A stretch of 63,059 nt of DNA, counting the filler, from Chiloscyllium plagiosum (lineage: Eukaryota): NCBI RefSeq assembly GCF_004010195.1. It is 4 parts of 2 records of this genome, joined end to end, with 100 filler letters (N's around TTAATTAATTAA, not from the genome) between each part and the next. Parts side by side here need not be neighbours in the genome. Positions count along the whole stretch, not along the records: positions 1 to 25,093 come from NC_057716.1; 3 more parts are not named here. One strand, given 5' to 3'. How positions within the stretch are numbered: the first letter of the stretch is position 1; each line of letters begins with the position of its first letter. Below the pieces are notes generated by a model, which was not told the DNA's origin, searched no databases, and saw nothing but the letters and a program-made list of their open reading frames with translations. The position numbers and the translations under genes are program-made. Shown one piece after another: positions 1-12,327 of the stretch.

Positions 1-264
1 AAAAAAAACACCGCTGCCCGCTACCGGTCAGTACTTTTAAAACCAAACGGTCTTACCTTCGCTGTTGCTCGCACTGGAAATGACCGACGGCTTCGAAGGG
101 TGAGTATAAATACTCACCGCTTTCCTTCCCGGCTGCCCCTCTGGTGTCGTCACTTCCCCCTGGTGCTCCCGCTCTTTCTGTGAAGAGAGAGTGAAAGAGA
201 AAAAAAAACACCGCTGCCCGCTACCGGTAAGTACTTTTAAAACCAAACGGTCTTACCTTCGCTG
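1..264. repeat. ~200-bp tandem unit (about 1.3 copies visible), possibly the 5' promoter repeat of a minus-strand LINE
   Basis: 1-64 recurs at 201-264 almost exactly. The unit contains the palindrome GGTGAGTAT-AA-ATACTCACC (99-118). Confidence 0.6.
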
Positions 265-930
265 CTGAGGAACAACGGACTGAGACTGGCTATATAATCA
301 CTTTGACAACAGAGACGTGTGCTTTGGTACATATTTTTGTTTACAATTCAACTCTTGCCTCTGTGAAGCCTGCATAGTTTGCAAGCCACAACTGAGATGT
401 GGAACAGAACTCTCTCCATTTGCCTAGATGGGTGTGGCTTCGATTACACTTAAAGAACTGGACACTCTCCACGACAATGCAGTCACTTAATTGTACACTC
501 TTCAATACCTGAGTATTCATTCCCATCACTGCGAAAGCACAATTGCAGCAGAGTGCACCAACTACAAGATGCACTGGAGTTAAGTCATCCTGGCATTTTT
601 GACAGGCCCTTCAAAGCTCAACATCCATAACGATGATGCATTGAAACGCCACCATTGGCAAGTTACCCACCAAGGCACATAGCACCCTGACTTGGAGAGG
701 TATCAGTGATAAACTCATTGAGTCGTGAAGCGGTCTTGATGGGCGAAGTTGTATACTACAGCCCCCATCTGTTATCTTACAATTTTAAAAATTGTTGATT
801 CATGCAGTGACCAGACTTGTGCTCAGTCCTTTTGCTGTTCCCTAAATTGCAAAAGTTCTACTATTCTACACAGCCTGTGGTCGACAACAGCAAATAGCCA
901 AAAACCCTTGAATCAACTGATTCACCTCAA

Positions 931-2150
931 GATTAGAGTGGTGCTGGAGAGGCACAGCCCGTCCAGCAACATCTGAGGAGCAGGAAAAATCGACGTTTCA
1001 GGCAAAAGCCCTTCTTCACGAATGAGACTGGAAGCCTATGAGGTGGAGAGGTAAATGGGAGGGTATTGGGCTGTGGAGAAGGTAGTTGAGAGTACAGTAG
1101 GTGGATGGAGGAGGGGATGAAGGTGATATGTCACAGAAGAAAGTGGGGCAGATAGGTGGGGTGAAGATACACAGGTGGGACAGGTCAGCAGGACGGTGTT
1201 GAGCTGGAAGGTTGGAACTGAGGTAAGGTGGGAGGAATGGGAATGAGAAAACTGATGAAGTGCACGTTGATGCCATGGGGTTGAAGGGTCCCAAGGCAGA
1301 GGTTGAGGGTTTCTTCATCCAGGCATCGCGTGTTGAGGCAGTGACGATGGAAGAGGCCCAGGACCTGTATTTCCTCGGGAGAGTGGGGGGGGGGGGGGGG
1401 GGGAGGGGGAAAGCTGAAATGTTTGGCCAAGAAGCAATGTGATTGATTCTTGCGGGTATCCTGGAGATGTTCTCTGAAGTGCTCTATGAGAAGACATCCG
1501 GTCTCCCCAATGTAAAGGAGACGGCATCAGGAGCAACGGACGTAATAAATGATATGTGTGGAAGTGCAGGTGATACTTTGATGGATGTGGAAGACTCCAT
1601 TGGCGCCTTGGACGAGGTGAGGGGGAAGATATGGTTGCAGGTTTTGCAATTCCTACGGTGGCAGGGGAAGGTGCCGAGCGGGAAGGGTGGATCATTTGAG
1701 GTCGTGGAATTGACTAGGTAGTTGCGGGGGGAATGGTCTTTAGGTAAAGTGGATAGGCGTGTTGAGCGACATATATCCCTGGTGGTGGGGTCCGTTTAGA
1801 TGTGGTGAATCTGTTAGCGAATTATGTGATTTATGCGGTTGTTGGTGGGATGGAAAGTTAGGACCGGGGTTCTGTCCTTTTTGTGGTTGGAGGTGTGGGG
1901 TTCGTGGGCCCAGGTGCGGGACATGGATCAGATGTACTGGAGGGCATTTCAACCCCATGGGAGGGGAAGTTCTGGTCTTCAAAGAAGAAGGGGAGCTGGT
2001 GAGTTCTGTGTTGTAACTGGTCCTTTGGGAGCAGATGGGTGGAGGCAGAGGAATTGGGAATACAGGGTAGCATTTCTGCAGGAGGTGGGGTGGGTGGAGG
2101 TGTAATACAGATAACTTTGGAAATCAATGGGCTCGTAAGCAAATGTCAGT
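931..2150 (-). mobile_element. Penelope-like retroelement (Neptune-like), 3' fragment with degenerate GIY-YIG endonuclease
   Basis: Minus-strand translation gives CRNCKTC...IIYYVRC..C.LLYIGET. The 3' terminus carries a hammerhead-like relic. Confidence 0.8.
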
Positions 2151-2159
2151 AACACTGAC

Positions 2160-3022
2160 ATCCTGGGATATTTTTCCCTCCCAACCCCTATCCACTTTGA
2201 AATAAGAGAGTTCCATTCAAAAATACCTATTCAAGTCCACGCCCTCCAACGACCCACCCTCCCATCCCAGTACCTTCCTCTGCCACTGCAGGAATTTCAA
2301 AACCTGCACCCACAGCGCCCCCCCAGCCTCTGTCCAATGCCCCAAAGGAGCCTGCCACATCCAACAAAGTTTCAACTGCACTACCACACATGTCATTTGT
2401 TGTATCCATAGCTCCCGGTGTGGTCACCGCTATATTAGGGCTACCTGACACATTCTCGAAGAATGCTTCAGAGAACATCACCAGCACACCCACAACAACC
2501 AAACGCAACGCCTCGTGACCGAACACTTCCACTCCCCCCACATTACCGAGGAGGCCATGCAGGTTCTGGGCCTCCTCCACTGCTACTCCCTCACCACCCG
2601 ACGCCTGGCGTAGGAACGCCTCATCTTCTGCCTCGGGACCCTATAACTCCACGGCATCAATGAGGATTTCACCAGTTTCCTCATTACCGCCCCCTCCCAC
2701 TTTATTCTATTTCCAATCTTCCAGATTGGGACCGTCTTACTGACCTGTCCTAGTTGTCTATCTTTTATCCCACCTATCCGCTCCACCCTTTTCTCTGATC
2801 TATCATCTTGGTCCCCACCTCCATCCACCTATTGCACTCTTAACTAAATTCTCCCCAGCGCCACCCCTTCCTATTTATCTCTCAAATCTCGAGGCTCCTA
2901 GCCTTATTTCTAAAGAAGGGCTTTTGCCCAAAGGGTGAATATTTCCTGCAGCTCGGATGCTGTTTGACTGCTGTGCTTCCTCAGTCCCACTCTATTCTTG
3001 ACTCTGATCTCCAGCATCTGCA
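2160..3022 (+). mobile_element. Penelope-like (Neptune-like) 3' fragment, inverted relative to 931-2150
   Basis: Reverse-complement homology to 931-1760 (for example ACCACCCGACGCCTGGCGTAGGAACGCCTCATCTTCTGCCTCGGGACC) and the same 3' tail. Confidence 0.8.
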
Positions 3023-3734
3023 GTTAGCCCTTCTATCCAACTATTCCCCTGTTAGCGATCGTGAATGTCCACTCCAAGATCTCTGTCCATCTACACCACA
3101 CAGAATACTCACTGTTATTGTTCCTTCTCCAAAACTTCATTAACACTCATTGGTCTGGATTCAATTCCATTCGCCATTTTACCTTTCCACCTGATTGATG
3201 CATCCCTGCAGTCCCTGGCTTTCTTCGTCACCGTCAAATACACGCCAAATGGTTGCATTATCAACAAACGTCTAAATCATGGCTCCTACAACTAAGGCTA
3301 AATCATTGATCTACATCAGAAAACAGTGGAACACCATTGGAAACAGCCATCCAAATATGCTTCATTGCTGGTTGGGATTAACAGCTGCAATAATAGCAGA
3401 ATCGATCCCCTGCTGTCATTTGTAAACCTGCTGGTGATTCTGCAAGTTGGTCTCCTGAGGGATCACTTCTCACATAGGGGAGTGGTGAATGACTTGTGCG
3501 CATTATGACTTTGCAAGTGAGTTTACACCTCAGCGGGAAATTGAATCCCATCTTGCAGTCATCCTATGGACCTGACTTCTTGGCGACATGGGTTTCCTTG
3601 TTTCTATTTCGTTTGGATAATCAGTTGAATTCGAGTTCACACGGACACAATTCCGATTTTCCCCGACGTCCATGTATTTTTATTCTTCGTTATTCTCCCA
3701 CGGAATGTGACTATCATTGGTCTGAAGAACATTT

Positions 3735-4015
3735 GTTGTTCATTCTTAATTCCCCTTGAACTGAGTCAGAGAGCACTTATGGGTGAACCGCTCTGTTGTG
3801 GGTCTAGAGCCACATGTTGGCAGGGCTCGTTATGGTCAACAGATTTCCCTTTCAAAGGGACATGGATGAATGAGTTTTCAGGAAATTAAAGTTATCGTCT
3901 CTGTTTCTGAGATTGGGTTTATTTTCCATATTTTATTCATGCATTTAAAAAACAGCAGCTGCCATGTTCCAGTGTCCAAAGATTACTAGCCCAATATATC
4001 GCCACTGCTGCATTT
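3735..4015 (-). mobile_element. Degenerate tRNA-derived SINE
   Basis: Resembles a common elasmobranch SINE body (GGGTCTAGAGCCACATG...AGATTTCCCTTTCAAAGGGACAT); recognised from memory. Confidence 0.45.
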
Positions 4016-4208
4016 CTCCATTCAAAGAATGACATTGTCAATTCAGATGATCCAAAATGGAGAGAGAATAGGACGCGTTTCTGTGTTGGAATGGAAGAAA
4101 TGTACGCTGGATTGGAGTGTTTACTGGAGCAAGAGACTGATGTGGGGAGAATGTGAGCAAACACAACTCTTACTGTCAAAGTAACCAAACACTGCTTGTT
4201 AAGGAAAT

Positions 4209-4280
4209 TTTCATACGCTGCTTTCAATGCATCGACCTCTCACTTAAGGGTCCAGTACGCTTCCTCTGAGCCAATCTTCA
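4209..4280 (-). pseudogene. tRNA-iMet pseudogene
   Basis: The minus strand reads TGAAGATTGGCTCAGAGGAAGCGTACTGGACCCTTAAGTGAGAGGTCGATGCATTGAAAGC, collinear with vertebrate iMet AGCAGAGTGGCGCAGCGGAAGCGTGCTGGGCCCATAACCCAGAGGTCGATGGATCGAAACC. Anticodon and acceptor stem are broken. Confidence 0.75.
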
Positions 4281-4939
4281 GTGCGGGTTAGTGCTGCTGC
4301 AGAATCTTAATAATATAGTAAATGGAGACCAATATGCCCTTCCACACCGCCTTTGACCAGCAGCACTCCATGCCTCAGCATTTCACGTGCTTCTATCCCG
4401 TCATAGACGTACTGCGCCTTTACCAATCACGTTACGGGTGCCACAGAATAGCTCCACGTGCTCATTTCCACCCCCACTTCCGATTTGGTATTCACGGCTG
4501 CGCCACTCGGTTTAACCGATACCAAGAATCGGAGAGGCATTCAATGTTATGAATGAAGTGATTTGAAAAGGAGTTAGGATAGTTAAGTCATTTTTATTGA
4601 GAAATACAGATACTCCATTCCAAGTGCGGATTATTAATACCTGTCCTTCCATTCTCAACGGGAAATGTCACAGGAAGAACTATGCTGTCTGAATCTGCGT
4701 GGGGGAGTACCATTGCTCCCGGGGAGACAGACTGACAGTGATGCAAACACGTGACTTCTGTAAGCTGTACCTCGTGTCGGTGTTGGAATGAAAATCATTA
4801 GGTAGTTTTGTTCCGTAGTGAGGTGTTTACTTATAGCAGGAAGCTCAGGAAGATATACATTTTACTGCCCTTTCCCCACTAGCCCATACCACTGAATACC
4901 AGCTCTATACAGGAACATTTCTCTCGATACATCCTCCTC

Positions 4940-5460
4940 CAATCCTCCTTGACCCCCAGCACTTCCCCATATGGCACTATTCCACGAAACCTCAGAAGAT
5001 GTAATGTTGCTCGTTTACGATGTCTCTCCTCACTGTGTAAGGTTCCAGTGATTTATCTGCCACTCGCTCAATTTAGCAAACTATATTTCGTGCTCACAAT
5101 ATCACCTCAGTCTAGACTGGAGAGAGAAAAACAGAGTGGATGACAAATTTGAGTAAACCTACGTTCTGTCTGCAAGCAAAAAAGACCCTGATCTTCCAGG
5201 TTCCTGTCACTGCAACATCCCACTGTGTTCCCATGACTTCATTTCAGACTCTGGTCTGCTGCAGAACTCCCACATACTACAGCACAAGTTGGACGATCGG
5301 CACGTCATTTTCTACTGAGACACCGTGCAACCTTCAGGACCCAACGTCGGGTTCAGTCATTTTAAACCCTGTCCATCTTCTTTCACGTTGCTGCCCCATC
5401 TACACGTACCAACAGTTCCAAAGGTATATCATTACTCTGGAAAATCTCTCTCCCAGATGC
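4940..5460 (+). mobile_element. Old Penelope-like GIY-YIG fragment
   Basis: Degenerate homology to the 2260-2700 endonuclease region. Confidence 0.5.
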
Positions 5461-5489
5461 ACTTGACTTGCTGATTTTGTTCAGACATT

Positions 5490-6440
5490 TCTGTTTTCTT
5501 TTGGAGGACTTGTTCTGTTCTGATCGCCAGACTTCAGGAAGCGTGTGTTTGCACGGGAGGGTGGTCAGAGGAGATTTACCAAGGTGTTGCCAGGGCTCGA
5601 CCATTCCCACTGCGAAGATAGGTGGAAGTGAGGGCTGCAGGTGCTGGAGCTCAGAGTCGAGAGTGTAGTGCTGGCAAAGCACAGCAGGTCAAGCAGCATC
5701 TGAGGAGCAGGAGAAGCAATGTTTCTGGCACAAACCACCTGATGCGTGGAGGAAAAACATCTCATTTTCCACCGTCGGACCATGCAACCAATGTGTACTT
5801 GAACAGCTTCCTTATTTCACTTCCTTCCACATTATACCAGTTGCAAGCCTCAAACTCGGCACTGCTCTCGTGACCCGACGATGAAACACCCCTCTGAACT
5901 ATCACCTTCTCCCTCACCTTCATCCACCTGTCGCTTTCCCAGATACTTTACCACCAACAGAACTCCCCTCCCACTTATATCTCAACCCCGAACTACAAAC
6001 CTCATTTCTGATATAGGGCTCATGCCCGGCACGTCGATTTTCCTGCTCCACAGATGCTGCCTGACATGCTGTGCTTTTACAGTAGTACGCTGTCGCCACT
6101 ACAAAGATAGATGAGCTCGGCTTGGGCTCTTTATCTGACAGTGGGGAAAGCTGAGATAGGAACTGATTAACGTGCACAGAAAGGGGATAGATATATGTGA
6201 TAGGAATAAATTTCTTACGGGAAGGGTTAATAACCAGGGATATAGCAAGAGAGAGGATATTCAGAGAAGATTTAGGAAGAATGCTTTCATCCTGAGAGTG
6301 TTGTTTGTCTGGAACTCACTATTTGAACGTGTGGAAAAGCTAATAGTCATCAGAACATTTCCGGAGTATTTAGCCAAACACTTGAGGAGCTAGCCCTTAA
6401 TGACGAGGTACTGGAAAGTGGGGCAAGGATAAACAGATGT
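5490..6440 (+). mobile_element. Old CR1 3' fragment interrupted by an inverted Penelope-like terminus (about 5655-6085)
   Basis: CR1 RT C-terminal-like GTCAGAGGAGATTTACCAAGGTGTTGCCAGG, resuming at about 6130. PLE tail on the minus strand at 5665-5730 and on the plus strand at 5990-6080. Confidence 0.55.
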
Positions 6441-6494
6441 TCGATGAAAGACTTGAAACCGTATCTTTGAGTGCAGCAAAACGGAGGCTAGCGC

Positions 6495-6585
6495 ACCTCT
6501 GTGGCGAATTAAAGATGTTTTAGACTTCCACTGCGTTGTTAAGTTTGCGATTCAAACATTGTTTGTATGAGCCCCAACAGATTCG
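6495..6585 (+). pseudogene. tRNA-Arg(TCT) pseudogene with intron
   Basis: CTCTGTGGCGAAT...TAGACTTC[intron-length insert]ATTCAAACATTGTTTGTATGAGCCCCAACAGATTCG versus GGCTCTGTGGCGCAAT...GGACTTCTA[intron]ATTCAAAGGTTGTGGGTTCGAGTCCCACCAGAGTCG; 91 nt. Confidence 0.65.
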
Positions 6586-6589
6586 GAGT

Positions 6590-6710
6590 TTAGAACATAC
6601 AACAATACAGCACAGAATAGGTCCTTCGCCCCTCGATGTTGCACCGACCTGTGAACTATTCTCACTGCGTCTCACTACATTATCCTAAAATTATCCATGT
6701 GCTTATCAAC
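6590..6710 (-). mobile_element. CR1 3' terminal fragment
   Basis: AGAACATACAACAATACAGCACAGAATAGGTCCTTCGCCCCTCGATGTTG matches the 3' end of the CR1 at 35193-35260. Confidence 0.65.
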
Positions 6711-9478
6711 TTATTTCACATTTCAGCTGAATCAACGATTGTTCTACTGATTCATCGTCAATTCCACTCATCTGGAAGTCTCGTCCCTGCTACTGACCAA
6801 AGGACATTCCTCATCTTCTTGGGGGTGAGCTTTGAGGGAATCGTATCATTTGAAACATGATCAGACCAGAATCGGCTGCTCATTCACAAAACCCACTGCA
6901 AAAGCCCACTGTCTCTAAACACATTTCCCACCCACAGTTGCACAGAGTTTTTCGCTTTATTCACTGTCTATTTCCCATTGGGTGACAGATTGATGTGGGA
7001 AAAGATATTGATGTGTTTGGACAGACAAAATGATACCAAATGACGGGGTAGCGCCGGCGGGTGAAATTGCCTCCTCTTGCTCCTCCCCCTGTCTGTGCTG
7101 CTTCTGACAGAAGAAATTAAACAATAACATTATGGGGACACTGTGAATGTACACCACTGAATATCAAGGACCTCCCCTTTATCCCACTGCTCTCACAGCT
7201 GGAATACACAGCTCCTGTTGTAGCTTTAGATCAGACAGTGAAGGATTCTCCCAGGCGCTCTGTCAGACTGCATGCTCCTTCACACAGGTTTCCAACTGGG
7301 CACATGGAGCAAACTGCCGTGTGGATATTAGGGATTCAGGGACAGATTTCCCCTTTGCTGGATTAGAGCTCTGGCCACGTAAATAAACATGAATGTAAGT
7401 GATTCTGTATCTTATTATGAATTCTTATCATTTTACAATTTAAATTGAAATTCAATTTACTCTTGTTTAACTTCCTTATTTCTTTAGTATTCATGAAAAC
7501 TGTTCAACATGACCTCGGATGTAGGAATGGTGAAAATTGATGATGAGTGCAGTATGTTTCATGTTGTCTGCATGAACATTCAGAAGGAAGTTAGTGAAGT
7601 GTCTTTGAATCAAATTCTGTGCCGAGTTGAAGCCAACCGAATGAAAAGCCCTGTGACAGCGATAATGTAACATTGTCTGTAAACAGGACAGTGACCCACG
7701 GAAACGTAGCTTTCAATCAAGTCTAATTTGCACAACATTTTTATATGTCCCTTTCCTGAGCCTGGTGCTCCAATACTCACAGGTCCGTTGCTCCTCCTCT
7801 GCATTAACTTTAATTTCAGGATTACAACAAAAGTAGAACAATTTGGTCGAAGGTCCCAGAGGTGCAAATGGCGCACGTTACAGGTTGGCGCTCTGCTGCT
7901 CCCGTGGAATAATTCATCATCACTTAACAACGTATGAAATACGGCAGCTGTAATTTCAATTATTATCTGAAGCTGCTTTTCCTGATGTTGATCAGGGATC
8001 ATTGGAGCACTAAACTGAAGTGTATTTGAAAAATAACGTCGAATAAAGCACCATTTATTGTAAACCTCCAGCTTCTGATTTGTGGGATTGTTCTGTATTT
8101 GGGAAATGTGTCAATTATCAGCCGTAAAGTTGTCCATGTTCCCCGGGCGATTATCCATCTGTGGATCAAGAAACAGGTAATGTTTTAGCATGATGGCATT
8201 TTTCAAATCATTGACCCTCCACTGTATTCCATTCTTGGAAAGGCTGTTAAACTCCTTTCATATTATCCTATTTGCTGCAAACTCGCACAGTTCATTAAAC
8301 TATTCGAGAGGAATTTGATTTATCTCTTTGGGTAGATTGAATGTTGCCGGTGAATCTGGTAAAGTCATAACAAATAGTTTTGCTGTTTTGCAGAACAGAG
8401 CTTCCACCAGGAATAAGGACGGGTATTTTTGCTGCGTTTTTCGAGCGGAGGTTAGTGAGTATTAAACGGACTCAGTTCCATTCCTGGTCATTGTGACAAA
8501 ATGTTCAAGGCAACAGATGGCAATGATGGTAATGCTTGACATCTTCATGGCCATTCCTACTCATTAGAATCACCATTGTATTACAGCTCAGGTGGGTAGG
8601 AGAGATGATGATGGCAACCTGAGACAGTGCGGCAATTAATCCCACGTTGTTAGTCTCACTCTATACCATAACCCAGTTAGCCAGCGGACTGAGCTAACTG
8701 GCTTCCGTTTACTGCAAAGCTGTAACATACAGATCAGTATATTAACAATTTGTAGTAGTTCACGTATAATCAGCCGTGACACTTTTCAACACCACCAGCT
8801 CTTCTTATACTTAACTTATTCACTTGCAGGTGTTATACAATTTCATTCCAATGAACGCTAAAGAATTCGTGAGTGTGCCACTTTTGCATCCCATCCAGGC
8901 AGCCCAGAATCCCTGTCCCTGTTAAATTCGCTCCTTGTGTGTCTGCATGTGGCGTTTCAAATATTCTGGAATCAGCTTCTAATTTTTTTTCTTTTGGAAA
9001 AATCGACTCCGATTTCAATAACTCTCAGAATTAAAAGTACCGGCTGTAAACTTATTTGTCGTCCCTCGCTGGTTTTGAAGCTCTAACCTTTAGTTATACA
9101 CTCACCTCCACGAGGGAATTTCCCTCCTATTTACCCTTACCAACGTCACATCAGCTGAAAAACCTCCATTAAGACACAACTCAGTTATTCCAGATTTGTC
9201 CCGCTTATTCTTCATCTATCCCACCATCCCATTGAACCCCTTAATTTCTTTTCTCTTGGCTTTATCTCCCAGCAAATCTCATTTCCGTCGTCTCGAACGA
9301 TTTTGTATCAAGGGAAGTCTCACCATATCCTTCCTAAAAATATTCCAACCTCAACCCCCGTGTATTTCATCATGTCTTTATATCCCAGTAAATTCCGTCC
9401 TGAGAAATGGTGCTGGGTCTAATTCAACGCATGAAAACTTACCACTATGCTTTCTAATCCCATTGCCGGTACGGGAAA

Positions 9479-9548
9479 GATGTGGGCTATTTCACTGACA
9501 GCTGAATCGGTTGGCTGCAGCAACACTGGTTCAAATCGCAGTCACATA
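9479..9548 (+). pseudogene. tRNA-His pseudogene
   Basis: TGGCTGCAGCAACACTGGTTCAAATCGCAGTCAC versus His TGGCCGCAGCAACCTCGGTTCGAATCCGAGTCAC. The 5' half is degraded. Confidence 0.6.
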
Positions 9549-9771
9549 GGTGAAAGTTGTGCTCATTTTAGTTTGTTCTCAACGTATGCTGAAGTAACAC
9601 AGTGAGGAATCAATTAATATTTTAAGACATACATAAGGGGGCGTGTTAAGTGTGAGGTTATGAGATCAGGGTAGTTTTGATTAACGTAGAACAGAGATTG
9701 TTCAAATCTCAGGCACATGAGATTGACAGCGAGCGATGTTGAGCGAAATAGACTGTCTTGGCAAATACCAG

Positions 9772-10501
9772 TGTTATGAAGTTGTGGGTGTAATGTACAT
9801 TAAAGGGTGCTGAAATTTCTGGCGAGCACAAGGAGTCCAGAACAAGGTAACAACGCAACATTTGGTTGAAACAACTAACAGCTTTGTTACATGGATAAAA
9901 AAACAAATTCGAATTCGACTAATCAGTTTAAATTATGCCCCAATCAAGTTTGAATATGGTATAGTAGCAATGTTAAAATCAGTGAAACGATCCGACGGTT
10001 TGTGGAACAAATATCAGACATGTTCAACCGTTACCCAGAGTGGCAAAGAACAGCAAAGAGAGCAGCTAAAAGACCAAAAGATGTCGGATGCCAGTAAGAT
10101 CTCCGAGAGGTGCATATCTGGAGAAATAGATTGCATAGAAAAAAGCATCGACACCGACCTGGAGAAAAAATCTACAGAGGAAGATACCAAGAGAAGATTC
10201 GACAACTGGCTGGTTTTAAAATTTGAATATTTTTGTAAATATTAATGGGGTCGGGGGTTTTCAGACCAGTATTGTGGAGCAGAAGGTTAAAGACAGCTTT
10301 AGAGAAAGGAGTTGTATGTAGTTGTAAGTTGATTATGCTCTGTAAAATGTGAAAAAGTAATAAAGTTGTTATTTTTAACTTTGAATACTAATATTTGCCA
10401 TAGTTCTTTGCCTCTTGAATTTTAACAGAATACAGCACGGGTTGAATGCTTTCTGTGTTGCTGGTTTACATTAGCAGAGTAGTTTACCCCGTTACGTAAC
10501 A
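9772..10501 (+). mobile_element. Solo LTR (about 730 bp)
   Basis: Termini TGTTATG...CGTAACA, AATAAA near 10358, and flanking 4-bp CCAG/CCGG (target-site duplication with one CpG-type change). Confidence 0.65.
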
Positions 10502-11574
10502 CCGGTTACTGTGGTTGCTCTGTTGTTTCGCTCATTTGTGCATTATGCCTCATTGACGATTTTGACGTTGTCCCCTCGATGCAAAAGTTCCGTGCTTTTG
10601 CTCCATTGTACAAAAGGTGCAGTGTGTCTAAGCAACAGGGCTCCCTACAATAACATCCGACGCTGATTCAATCTATCTACCCTGGTGTTGATCCATGGAA
10701 GCAGCACTGCGCACTCTCCTCGAGTTTGGAAAACAATTCCCTCTAAGATAATGTAACATCCCCGTATTCAAAGGGATTTCATTCCATCGCCTTCAATTCC
10801 TAATAGAATCCGATTTAATAAGTTTTGTCACTGAGTCATTTATTCGTTTGTGTTCAAATCATGTGAACAAAGGGTCACAGTTGGAGAGTGCTGGTCCCAC
10901 AAAACAGAGGTCAGACCATACTCTGTGCACTGTACTCTGCTGTTCAGCATTTCGCTAACAGCAGGTAGATGCATCTACGCTCTGCAAAATTTTCACGCCT
11001 GTTTTAAGAAGCAAGACAAACAGTTCCTGGTTCCTACTTTTGTTTTCACATAAACCAAAATTGTAAATGATGGAAACATGCACATGTCTGCTCTCCCAAA
11101 TCCCTTTTCTCCCCAGCAGGCGGTAAGATGCTGGACTGAATCGCTTTCTTCTGTACCCTGTCACTCTGGGATGATGTGAGCTGTGAAAACTCTTCTCTGA
11201 CCTGGGGGTAACGTGGTAAAGTTTAAACACATCAGGTGCAGTGTGCCTGAGCGACAGGACTGGCTGCAGTAACATCCCATGCTGATTCAGACAGCAGAGC
11301 CCTCGCTGTGAATTCGAGAAGTACACAGACACTGTTCCCAATTACTGGGAGGGATTCTCTCTTTCCCACCATTTCTGCACTTTTCCAATAGAAGATGAGT
11401 TCGTGCAGCTGCCAGCGGGGGAAGGGCTCGCGCAGCCTCCTGGGAAACGGGAGGCAGAATGGCAAGGAGCTATTATTAAAAATCAGTGTTGCTTTCACTC
11501 CGAAACAAAAGAAAAAGCCTTTTTTAAACAAAGAGACTCACCTGATTTATAAATCACGCTTAAGTTGCGGTTCT

Positions 11575-11644
11575 GTCTCATTGGTCTTGGGTGTGATATC
11601 GTCTCGGGTGGGTGATGGACGTGCGAGAAGTGGCACTTGAGCCC
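11575..11644 (+). pseudogene. tRNA-Pro(CGG) pseudogene
   Basis: GTCTCATTGGTCTTGGGTGTGATATCGTCTCGGGTG...GAGCCC versus GGCTCGTTGGTCTAGGGGTATGATTCTCGCTTCGGGTG...GAGCCC. T-arm destroyed; a T-run follows downstream. Confidence 0.6.
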
Positions 11645-12255
11645 TGGAGTTTTGCATCTGGTCCCATTTTTGACTCAGAAAGTATGATTTCGATGAGATC
11701 GAGGTCAGATCAAGACACTGAATCTTCAAGACAGACACCAGCAGCTTCTTGTATGCCGTTACTAGACTGAGAAATGTATTCTCCAACTTCAAATAATGCT
11801 GATCCTGTTAATGTGGATCTTGCCGAGTGCACATCCTGTGCGGAGTAACCTGAATGCCTTGTTTCTCTCATGCTGTGTTCTGCATGTCCTTGATTACTAT
11901 GATCTGCCTTTACCAATTGCAAAGGTTTTCACTGCATTCAGGTAAATGTGACAATCAATCAAATATAATCAATCAATCGAACGACACAGACATTTCCTTA
12001 TTGTTTAGATCCAGCACAGCGAAGGTGAGCTGTATGGCCTCACTTTGCACTATTTCGTGATTCTGAGTGAAATCACAGTTAAACCAATAGAATGTGGGAA
12101 GTTACTCACAGGTTATATTAACACAGCCGGGACACATATGCGCCACAGTGTATCACACAATAATAGTGAAGACCTTCTTGAAATCATCCTCTGAGGCACA
12201 TGCCACACGCCAGATTAAAAGCTGAAGACGGCGGAAAACTGCTGTAGTCAGCGCT

Positions 12256-12327
12256 AACAGAGCGATCCAGCGGGAGCGTACTGGGCTCATAATCCAGAAA
12301 TTAATGGATTGAAAACATCCTCTATTC
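12256..12327 (+). pseudogene. tRNA-iMet pseudogene
   Basis: AACAGAGCGATCCAGCGGGAGCGTACTGGGCTCATAATCCAGAAATTAATGGATTGAAAACATCCTCT is collinear with iMet. CAT anticodon retained; A and B boxes mutated. Confidence 0.8.

Noticed and set aside
3605..8505. Weaker tRNA-like traces (Asp about 3605-3670, iMet 5' piece about 4495-4512, Thr about 7647-7715, Gly about 8434-8495)
   Set aside because: Only short motif matches; not separable from chance without a covariance search.
11575..11644. Link between the tRNA-Pro pseudogene and the Pro-primed ERV
   Set aside because: They lie on different contigs joined by an artificial linker, and the tRNA is non-functional.
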